Positions 1-6,433 of a DNA stretch of 60,183 nucleotides are shown piece after piece. The stretch is from positions 1 through 60,183 of the forward strand of contig CAYHUY010000002.1 of assembly GCA_964360265.1 (NCBI GenBank), in the 5' to 3' direction. Under the pieces are notes generated by a model, which searched no databases, was not told where the DNA came from, and saw nothing but the letters and a program-made list of their open reading frames with translations. The position numbers were made by a program, and so were the translations under genes. Origin of the DNA: an uncultured Gammaproteobacteria bacterium. Lineage in GTDB: Bacteria > Patescibacteriota > Microgenomatia > Levybacterales > GWA1-39-11. Numbering within the stretch: the first letter of the stretch is position 1; each line of letters opens with the position of its first letter.

Positions 1-56
1 TCGAACCTGAATAGACAGATCCAAAGTCTGTCGTCCTACCATTAGACGATCTCCCA
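1..56 (-). tRNA. tRNA-Gln(TTG), 3' end cut by window edge
   Basis: Minus strand reads TGGGAGA-TC-GTCT-AATGGTA-GGAC. The anticodon stem is ACAGA/TCTGT with loop CTTTGGA. The T-arm start CAGGTTCGA runs off the window. Confidence 0.8.
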
Positions 57-190
57 GATCAACCCCCAGCGATGGCGGGCGGGCGAACCGGCAATAGATA
101 TCTAATTATATCCGAAGCGTAAGTTTGCTTCAAGAAGATCCCCTAAAACATGGGGGGCTTTGTGGAGAATATCTTTATCAAAGAATCGTG

Positions 191-262
191 AGCGGGCGAA
201 GGGAATCGAACCCTCCACATCTTCCTTGGCAAGGAAGCATTCTACCAATGAACTACGCCCGC
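191..262 (-). tRNA. tRNA-Gly(GCC)
   Basis: Minus strand reads GCGGGCG-TA-GTTC..GAAT. The anticodon stem is CTTCC/GGAAG with loop TTGCCAA. The T-arm is GAGGG-TTCGATT-CCCTT and the acceptor is CGCCCGC-T. Confidence 0.9.
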
Positions 263-283
263 ACTTAAACAACGTCGAATTTG

Positions 284-356
284 TGCCTAGAGCAGGAATC
301 GAACCCGCATAACATGTTCTTCAGACATGCGCCTTGACCACGTTGGCAATCTAGGC
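284..356 (-). tRNA. tRNA-Phe(GAA) with an atypical D-arm
   Basis: Acceptor is GCCTAGA/TCTAGGC. The anticodon stem is CATGT/ACATG with loop CTGAAGA, and the T-arm is GCGGG-TTCGATT-CCTGC. The D-arm GCC-AACGTGGTCAA-GGC resembles class II tRNAs, but the variable region is short. Confidence 0.75.
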
Positions 357-378
357 GGAAAAGGTATTATACCAAATG

Positions 379-561
379 TGGATCCCAGAGGACTCGAACC
401 TCTGACATCTTCGGTGTAAACGAAGCGCCTCGCCTGCCTGGACTATGTGGACCCTGCAAGACTTGAACTTGCGACCTTCTCGGTGTAAACGAGACGCTCT
501 AGCCAACTGAGCTAAGGGTCCAGGCATTGTCGGGCAGGTCTACCAACTGAGCTAGGGATCC
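379..561 (-). tRNA. tRNA-Val(TAC) split in the D-arm (5' part 539..561, 3' part 379..428, 110-nt insert 429..538)
   Basis: 561->539 reads GGATCCC-TA-GCTC-AGTTGGTA-GA. 428->379 reads GC-G-CTTCG-TTTACAC-CGAAG-ATGTC-AGAGG-TTCGAGT-CCTCT-GGGATCC-A. Joined, the two parts form a perfect cloverleaf. Whether it is functional or a disrupted gene is unknown. Confidence 0.6.
448..521 (-). tRNA. tRNA-Val(TAC), complete, inside the insert of the split tRNA-Val
   Basis: Reads GGACCCT-TA-GCTC-AGTTGGCTA-GAGC-G-TCTCG-TTTACAC-CGAGA-AGGTC-GCAAG-TTCAAGT-CTTGC-AGGGTCC-A, 74 nt, with all stems paired. Confidence 0.9.
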
Positions 562-562
562 A

Positions 563-652
563 TGGTGCCGAGGACAGGACTTGAACCTGCACGTCTTTTT
601 TAAGGACACAAGAACCTCAATCTTGCGTGTATACCAATTTCACCACCTCGGC
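563..652 (-). tRNA. tRNA-Leu(GAG), class II, CCA encoded
   Basis: Acceptor is GCCGAGG/CCTCGGC-A-CCA. The anticodon stem is CAAGA/TCTTG with loop TTGAGGT. It has a long variable arm and the T-loop TTCAAGT. Confidence 0.9.
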
Positions 653-763
653 CTCTATTTGCTAATTATGCCTTCGGTGTTAAGCCGTAGCTCACACCTC
701 GGCGTGCTTTGATTTTACAAAAAACGAACCAATAAGACAAGGATCTCTGCTATAATTATTTTT

Positions 764-1708
764 ATGGAGATTGGATTTATTATTTTAACAATCCTCGGTC
801 TAACATTATTCGAAATAATTACTTCGATAGATAACGCTGTTATTAACGCTGAGGTCCTATCCACCATGGGAAAGCGCGCAAGGAAATTCTTCCTTTTCTG
901 GGGAATACTCTTTGCAGTATTTATTGTCAGAGGACTACTTCCATTGCTTATAGTTTTCCTTTCAAATCCGTCCTTGGGACTTATGGGCGCGCTCACCGCA
1001 ACCTTCTCAGGAGATCCTGCAGTTCATGCGGCAATTGAGGCATCTTCTCCAATTCTTCTTATTGGTGGTGGGGTGTTTTTGGTGTTTTTGTTTTTTAACT
1101 GGCTTTTTCTTGAACCTAAGAATTATGGACTACGTGGTGAACATTTTTTTGAGCGCCAGGGAGCTTGGTTCTTTGCAATTGTTTCAATCTTGCTTTCGGT
1201 AATCGTCTGGTTCGCATTAGGAAAAAGTCCCATGATGGCGTTTGGGGCGGTTATTGGCTCAACGGCATTTTTTATAATTCACGGATTCAGGCAATATGCC
1301 GAACAACAAGAAAAAAGACTACTAATAGGAGGGATGTCCGATGTCTCAAAAGTTGCGTATCTTGAGGTCTTAGATACGACATTCTCAATAGACGGAGTAG
1401 TTGGAGCTTTTGCTTTCACTCTTTCAGTACCGATTATATTAATAGGAAACGGCATTGGAGCTATAGTTCTGCGACAGCTAACGGTTTCAAACATAGAGAG
1501 AATTAAGAAGTATAAATATTTAAAGAATGGGGCAATGTATTCTATCTTGTTCTTAGGAACAATAATGATTCTTGATAGTTTTGGTTATCACATTCCGCCA
1601 TACGTTTCACCCATAATTACGTTTGGAACAGTAGCTTACTTCTTTCAAAAATCACGAATTGAGATGCGCGATATTGAAGCCGCCCTCACGCCAAAAATAT
1701 CTTCTTAG
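764..1708 (+). CDS. multi-pass integral membrane protein, DUF475/TerC-like
   Basis: 314-aa hydrophobic ORF with two S-x-D-N/G motifs (SIDNAVINAEVL and FSIDGVVGAF), as recalled for the DUF475 family. Confidence 0.7.
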   Translation: MEIGFIILTILGLTLFEIITSIDNAVINAEVLSTMGKRARKFFLFWGILFAVFIVRGLLPLLIVFLSNPSLGLMGALTATFSGDPAVHAAIEASSPILLIGGGVFLVFLFFNWLFLEPKNYGLRGEHFFERQGAWFFAIVSILLSVIVWFALGKSPMMAFGAVIGSTAFFIIHGFRQYAEQQEKRLLIGGMSDVSKVAYLEVLDTTFSIDGVVGAFAFTLSVPIILIGNGIGAIVLRQLTVSNIERIKKYKYLKNGAMYSILFLGTIMILDSFGYHIPPYVSPIITFGTVAYFFQKSRIEMRDIEAALTPKISS

Positions 1709-2111
1709 CCGCTGCAAAAGGAAAAATCATATATATCGGCTTACCTGGTAGTCTTTTCCTAAAACCTGCTTTTGCGTTTTCATATGGAAAATTTATCCAC
1801 GGATCCATCCATTTATTGTTCGCACGAACTAAATAGTGCCCTGTGGGATATTTATTCGATCGTTTTATAAAAACAATTGTATTTTGATTGTATATAATTT
1901 TCCTATACCGAATTTTAACATATTTGTACTCGTATATCTGACCTTTAAACTTCAGGGCATTGACTATTTCCTTACAGAGGAAACCCACTTTCTTAGCTTT
2001 GCTTTTACCATCTTCGAACAACTTTAAAGAGTCTTCATAACTGATATCCGTAACAAATGCCACGCACGCAATTCCGCATCCAAACGGATCCTCTTGCCTA
2101 ATTGGCTCCAT
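1686..2111 (-). CDS. stand-alone C39-like (papain-fold) cysteine peptidase domain protein
   Basis: 141 aa. N-terminal FGCGIACVAF (Cys) and later TGHYLV (His) match the C39 peptidase-domain pattern. It converges on the DUF475 gene with a 23-nt overlap. Confidence 0.55.
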   Translation of the reverse strand: MEPIRQEDPFGCGIACVAFVTDISYEDSLKLFEDGKSKAKKVGFLCKEIVNALKFKGQIYEYKYVKIRYRKIIYNQNTIVFIKRSNKYPTGHYLVRANNKWMDPWINFPYENAKAGFRKRLPGKPIYMIFPFAAAKKIFLA

Positions 2112-2164
2112 TTAAACATTGTAGAATTTATATAATTATTAACAAGTAGCGGTATTAAAAGAAC

Positions 2165-2966
2165 GGGTTGGAAGCTAGATAACCCTCCGGGTTGCTTAGG
2201 TTGGAACCTCTTCTTTTTTGTTTATATTTGTAGTAAGATGGTCTAGTGACTACTAACAGAAAAGTGGTATTTAATAATGGGTATATTTACCATATATTCA
2301 ATCGTGGGATTGACAGAAGGAATGTATTTACCGAATTTCGTGAATATTCAAGAGCCTTAGATCTAATAAAGTACTATAGATATCAAGATACTCCAGTAAG
2401 CTATTCGAAGTTGCTACAGCAACCTAGAGAAATGAGGAGTGATGTATTAAGGGAACTTGCGAGAAACGAAACGCACGTTAACATACTCACATACTGTCTT
2501 ATGCCTAATCATTTCCACTTAATGCTTCAGCAGAATGCAGATAAAGGCGTACCAACTTTTGTTTCCAATTTTACCAACGCATACACCAAATATTTTAATA
2601 CCAAACACGAAAGGAATGGTCCAATGTTCGAAGGTGTATTCAAAGCTGTTTTTGTGGAAAGCGACGAACAATTAATTCATTTGTCACGCTATATCCACCT
2701 CAACCCCGTAGTGGCTAGTATCATAAATGAGACCGATATAGAGCGGTATAAATGGTCATCTTTCTCTAATTATGTCTCGCCCGTAGTAAACGATGAAAGG
2801 ATCGTGGATAGCGATTTAGTGCTAAGTGTTGTAGGTTCAAAACAGACATATCGCAAGTTTGTTATGGACCATGTAGATTATGCTAAGAAATTACATATGA
2901 TTAAGCATCTTACTTTTGAATAAAGAAAGGGTTGGAAGCTAGATAACCCTCCGGGTTGCTTAGGTT
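2165..2966 (+). mobile_element. RAYT unit: Y1 transposase gene bracketed by identical REP-like repeats (family A)
   Basis: The 38-nt string GGGTTGGAAGCTAGATAACCCTCCGGGTTGCTTAGGTT occurs at 2165..2202 and 2929..2966 in the same orientation. It contains the hairpin AACCC-TCC-GGGTT. Confidence 0.8.
2246..2923 (+). CDS. REP-associated tyrosine transposase (RAYT, IS200-like Y1 HUH family)
   Basis: HUH motif in YCLMPNHFHLMLQ and catalytic Tyr context SRYIHLNPV. GTG start, 225 aa. Confidence 0.85.
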   Translation: MTTNRKVVFNNGYIYHIFNRGIDRRNVFTEFREYSRALDLIKYYRYQDTPVSYSKLLQQPREMRSDVLRELARNETHVNILTYCLMPNHFHLMLQQNADKGVPTFVSNFTNAYTKYFNTKHERNGPMFEGVFKAVFVESDEQLIHLSRYIHLNPVVASIINETDIERYKWSSFSNYVSPVVNDERIVDSDLVLSVVGSKQTYRKFVMDHVDYAKKLHMIKHLTFE

Positions 2967-3120
2967 CACTTCCACGTAAGATTACATGGAACTCTGACTG
3001 CTGAAAATTCTAGAAATAGGCGAAGAATAAAACGTGTTTATGCTTTCACTGCCTATCAAGGCTTATTTTAAAAAAAATTTTCGGAAAAACCAAGAGGAAA
3101 AATCCAAAAGAACCAAAGAG

Positions 3121-3939
3121 TTACTCAGCAGCTTTAACTGCCAATTTTCGAGGAAGCACTACCATGCGAGCGGCAAAAACACCGTCACCGCCGACGTCAC
3201 GACCCCAGCCATGGACATGGAGCCCGCGGGAAGGGCCACGACGACCAACAACAACAACGCCGCCGGAAACTGTTTCGTCATCTGTACGAACCCAAAAATC
3301 CGGGTAAAGTGGTTTTCCTGTTTTATCCTGATAGTCAATGTCTGCCTGCGAAGCGGTTGAAGCATTCGGCATAGGCATACTTACCAAATCTCTTACCTCT
3401 TCTGGGAGCTTTCCTTTAAGTTTTACTTCATCATCCTGCGTCATTCTTATTTGAGTGTCGGTTGACTTATTGTTACTATTTTTAATTCTTACGTTTTTGG
3501 GATCAATTGCAACTTCCATCTCAGTAGGAACTATAGAGCGCATATTTTCAGAAGAATTAACAAAGGCAAAACGGTTTCTGGTTGCCTCGTCTGTTGCGAG
3601 TTCACCCATTGATACGGGTTTAATCGTAACAACGTGTGTAAAGCCTTCTTTTGCTAAGGACTCACGAGTTTTATTGTAGGCTTCTTCGCTTACACTTGGA
3701 ATTTCAAGGGCTACGTGTTGTAATGGGCGAGAAGGTGTAATATCGGCAGATTGAGGTTGTACAGATGCAGAAACGGCAAAAGTTTCCGGTACACCAAGTT
3801 GTCTTGCAATTTTTTCTCGGGCGCCAAAGGACTTAGCATCAGCACTAAGTGTGTCTGCAATATCAGAATAGCCCTTTTGTCTGAATTGTCTAGCTAATTG
3901 ATCTGCCTGTTGGCGTAATTTACCAAGTTCTGCTGACAT
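3121..3939 (-). CDS. hypothetical protein
   Basis: 272-aa ORF with no family I recognise. The C-terminal third (3121..~3330) is visibly GC-rich and produces spurious ORFs on both strands. Confidence 0.6.
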   Translation of the reverse strand: MSAELGKLRQQADQLARQFRQKGYSDIADTLSADAKSFGAREKIARQLGVPETFAVSASVQPQSADITPSRPLQHVALEIPSVSEEAYNKTRESLAKEGFTHVVTIKPVSMGELATDEATRNRFAFVNSSENMRSIVPTEMEVAIDPKNVRIKNSNNKSTDTQIRMTQDDEVKLKGKLPEEVRDLVSMPMPNASTASQADIDYQDKTGKPLYPDFWVRTDDETVSGGVVVVGRRGPSRGLHVHGWGRDVGGDGVFAARMVVLPRKLAVKAAE

Positions 3940-4098
3940 AATCAGAGCATTTTATACTACTATAGGTGTACTGTCAAGTTGAAACCTAACTACTCAGTTT
4001 GAGCAAAGAGTGTCTTATTTTGCCCAATGCTTTCTTCTCAATAATTGAAACGTATGAAGCAGAACTAAGCCCCAATTCTCTGCTTGTTTCTTCTAGTG

Positions 4099-4181
4099 TG
4101 CCGGAGAGAGGATTCGAACCTCCACGCCCTTGCGGACACAGCGTTCTGAACACTGCATGTCTACCATTTCATCACTCCGGC
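4099..4181 (-). tRNA. tRNA-Leu(CAG), class II
   Basis: Acceptor is GCCGGAG/CTCCGGC-A. The anticodon stem is CAGTG/CGCTG with loop TTCAGAA. It has a long variable arm and the T-arm GGAGG-TTCGAAT-CCTCT. Confidence 0.9.
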
Positions 4182-4250
4182 GTTGATATATTTTACTTCG
4201 AACGAATCGAGTTGACAAGCCATGGTAAATGTGCCATTATGAAAATATAA

Positions 4251-4838
4251 ATGAAGCGGCTCTTCCTGCTCGGAGTCTATTTCACAATGACTCCATTGTT
4301 TGTATTTACCCTGATTTTTTATCAGTTGTTCCTTTCTTCTCAAAACAGCCAGGCAGTGACAAAGGACATTACCAATGACCAATTAAAAGCTGAATACGCC
4401 GCTGTCCCGGACAGGATCCAGGAGACGGCGCATGTTTTATCGGCAAATGAAGCAAGAATTGAAGTTTTACGTGAGTTTTTTGCCAGGTATAATTCTCCAC
4501 TTGAGGATTTTGCGGAAAATATTGTGGAGAGCGCTGACAAATATGGTATTGACTATAGACTTCTTCCGGCAATTGCAATGCAGGAGAGTACTTTATGCCT
4601 TAAATCACCAAAAGATACCAATAATTGTTGGGGGTTTGGGATATACGGCACAAAAAAAACCAGTTTTGATAGTCTTGCGCAGGGAATTGAGGTTGTAAGC
4701 AAAACGTTATCTGAAAAGTATCACGCTCAAGGACTGGTTGAACCGCATGAGATAATGACAAAATACACGCCCTCAAACACAGGGGCATGGGCAGAAAACG
4801 TTTCCTACGTAATGAGTAGAATCTCGGCCTCCCTCTAA
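4251..4838 (+). CDS. membrane-anchored lysozyme-like (SLT/glucosaminidase-like) cell-wall hydrolase
   Basis: N-terminal TM segment, then YNSPL..ADKYGIDYRLLPAIAMQES..CWGFGIYG. It is a paralog of 5146..5694. Confidence 0.65.
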   Translation: MKRLFLLGVYFTMTPLFVFTLIFYQLFLSSQNSQAVTKDITNDQLKAEYAAVPDRIQETAHVLSANEARIEVLREFFARYNSPLEDFAENIVESADKYGIDYRLLPAIAMQESTLCLKSPKDTNNCWGFGIYGTKKTSFDSLAQGIEVVSKTLSEKYHAQGLVEPHEIMTKYTPSNTGAWAENVSYVMSRISASL

Positions 4839-4917
4839 GTTAGCAACTAGAAACTAGCCACTAGCAACTAGTTTTTTGCCCAACCAGAGGCTAGATGCTA
4901 GGAGCTAATGGCTAACT
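4839..4917. repeat. two inverted blocks of heptanucleotide tandem repeats
   Basis: ACTAGAA-ACTAGCC-ACTAGCA-ACTAGTT at 4846..4873 is followed by a T-run. GCTAGAT-GCTAGGA-GCTAATG-GCTAACT lies at 4890..4917. The ends GTTAGC and GCTAAC are complementary. Confidence 0.8.
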
Positions 4918-4934
4918 TAGCCTGCAGTAGGGAC

Positions 4935-4963
4935 TTGACATAACCTATAGTTTTTGTTATAAT
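4935..4963 (+). promoter_or_regulatory. consensus sigma70-type promoter
   Basis: TTGACA (4935-4940), 17-nt spacer, TATAAT (4958-4963). Confidence 0.7.
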
Positions 4964-4972
4964 GCTTTTTAG

Positions 4973-5009
4973 ATCCTAAGGTAGCCCAAAACTACTTTAG
5001 GATTTTTTA
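4973..5009 (+). terminator. intrinsic-terminator-like hairpin immediately downstream of the promoter
   Basis: ATCCTAAGGTAG-cccaaaa-CTACTTTAGGAT (one G-U pair) is followed by a T-run. Confidence 0.6.
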
Positions 5010-5145
5010 TTGGGGAAATGGTACCCACCGCTGTCTTCGGGTTTCGCCCTTGCAGCCGGTCTCCTTCGCTCGGCGCTCAGTCCGACCCCGGTTTTATTAA
5101 CCCTCAAGTTCCGCCAAAACGGAATTTGAATAATTAGTAAAACTT

Positions 5146-5694
5146 ATGAAAAAAATTATTACAATTATAGTTCTTCTATTTGTTGCGGTTTTCCTTCCGC
5201 AAGATGTTTATGCGCAGGAAGTTTATTCCGAGCCATCTGCCGCGCTTGTAAATCAAATCCTAATTGAAAAGGATTATACGCTTGATACTAGAGCAAAAGC
5301 TGTTCAGAATGTATTCAAGAAGTATAATTCTCCCCTTTCCGATCAAGTACATTTTTACGTTAAGTATGCTGACGAATTTGGCCTTGACTGGAGGCTTTTA
5401 CCCGCTATTTCAGGTCTTGAATCGACTTTTGGAAAATTTTTAATGCCGGGATCATATAACGCCTATGGCTGGGGCGGGGGACACATATATTTTGAATCAT
5501 GGGAGGATGGAATTAAAGTAATCAACAAGGCACTTCGCGAAAACTATATTGATCGCGGCGCAACAGATGTCTGGTCAATCGGCCCAATATACGCGCAGTC
5601 CCCAACGTGGTCAATACGCGTAAACGCATTTATGCAGGAGATAAATGAAGAGTATCTAAAACTCTCTATATTCCCCGCGCTATCAACCATTTAA
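5146..5694 (+). CDS. secreted lysozyme-like cell-wall hydrolase (paralog of 4251..4838)
   Basis: Signal peptide MKKIITIIVLLFVAVFLPQDVYA, then YNSPL..ADEFGLDWRLLPAISGLES..YGWGGG. Confidence 0.7.
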   Translation: MKKIITIIVLLFVAVFLPQDVYAQEVYSEPSAALVNQILIEKDYTLDTRAKAVQNVFKKYNSPLSDQVHFYVKYADEFGLDWRLLPAISGLESTFGKFLMPGSYNAYGWGGGHIYFESWEDGIKVINKALRENYIDRGATDVWSIGPIYAQSPTWSIRVNAFMQEINEEYLKLSIFPALSTI

Positions 5695-5725
5695 CAATTT
5701 TGTGATATAATCCCCTACTTAAAGT

Positions 5726-6283
5726 ATGGTAGAAGCAAAAGACCGCCCGAGACCAATTGAATCGATTCCCCCAGAGTGTATTCCGTACTATCTTCTTACG
5801 CCACGCGAGCGCCAAGTTGTACAATACACGGCAGACGGGTTATCGAATCCTGAAACGGCAGATGCAATGGGGATTTCAATAAATACAGTCCCAAAGTACA
5901 AACGCAAAATAAGCCACATTGGAACTCTAGATAGAGGAGTGTCTTGGTATGAAGAAAATATTTCTCGACAAGTATTATTAGCGCTAATACAGGACGGGAT
6001 AAGAGATGGATACATACGTCATAACCTTGGAGAAACAAAAATTAGGCCGCTCTCCCCAAGAGAGGATGAAGTGCTGAATGAGGTCTCGCAAGGCTTAACC
6101 TATGAAGAGATTGCTAAAAGCAAATGGGTTCCTATTGGTACTGTAGCTGCTCATATGGGACACATTAGCGTAAAACTTGAAACAAGAACTCTTTATCACT
6201 CAGTCGCCAGGAGAACATATCTCATGCTACACGGACGGTGGGAAGTAGAAGATAATCGTGGACGCCAGGTTTCAAATTCTTAA
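5726..6283 (+). CDS. transcription regulator with two tandem LuxR/GerE-type HTH domains
   Basis: LTPRERQVVQYTADGLSNPETADAMGISINTV and LSPREDEVLNEVSQGLTYEEIAKSKWVPIGTV both fit the GerE HTH pattern. I see no receiver domain. Confidence 0.65.
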   Translation: MVEAKDRPRPIESIPPECIPYYLLTPRERQVVQYTADGLSNPETADAMGISINTVPKYKRKISHIGTLDRGVSWYEENISRQVLLALIQDGIRDGYIRHNLGETKIRPLSPREDEVLNEVSQGLTYEEIAKSKWVPIGTVAAHMGHISVKLETRTLYHSVARRTYLMLHGRWEVEDNRGRQVSNS

Positions 6284-6294
6284 ACTAACCTCTG

Positions 6295-6377
6295 TGCGGA
6301 CGAAGGGATTTGAACCCCCACACCATTGCTGGCACAAGGTCCTAAACCTTGCGTGTCTACCATTCCACCACGTCCGC
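6295..6377 (-). tRNA. tRNA-Leu(TAG), class II
   Basis: Acceptor is GCGGACG/CGTCCGC-A. The anticodon stem is CAAGG/CCTTG with loop TTTAGGA. It has a long variable arm and the T-loop TTCAAAT. Confidence 0.9.
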
Positions 6378-6433
6378 GTTAGCCTTAATTATACTAGAAA
6401 CTAAATTCAAAATCATATATAATATATAACCTT

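Noticed and set aside
61-190. Possible tRNA-Gly 3' fragment (TTCGCCCGCCCGCCA on the minus strand) between tRNA-Gly and tRNA-Gln.
   Set aside because: Only about 9 nt match the tRNA-Gly acceptor strand and there is no T-arm. It fits better as a GC-rich palindrome half-site, but the evidence is weak either way.
379-454. Alternative reading of the left tRNA-Val as a contiguous gene. In this reading its 5' acceptor strand (GGGTCCA) overlaps the 3' end of the neighbouring tRNA-Val.
   Set aside because: It needs a 4-nt 8/9 connector, a poor D-stem (GTCC/AGGC) and an A-G mismatch in the acceptor. The distal 5' segment at 539..561 gives a perfect cloverleaf instead.
668-700. Another REP copy (CCTTCGGTGT...ACACCTCGGCG) upstream of the tRNA cluster.
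   Set aside because: The arms pair over only 5 bp and the internal layout does not match families A to D. It could equally be a promoter-region hairpin.
3999-4250. 83-aa plus-strand ORF.
   Set aside because: It is built across the minus-strand tRNA-Leu(CAG) gene (4099..4181), so it is spurious.
5011-5100. Cyclic-di-AMP (ydaO-type) riboswitch on the plus strand, or SRP RNA on the minus strand.
   Set aside because: I could find only loose resemblances (GGGGA..CCCA, and GAAGGAG..GCAAGG). The conserved cores I remember for either family are not there. A covariance-model scan is needed.
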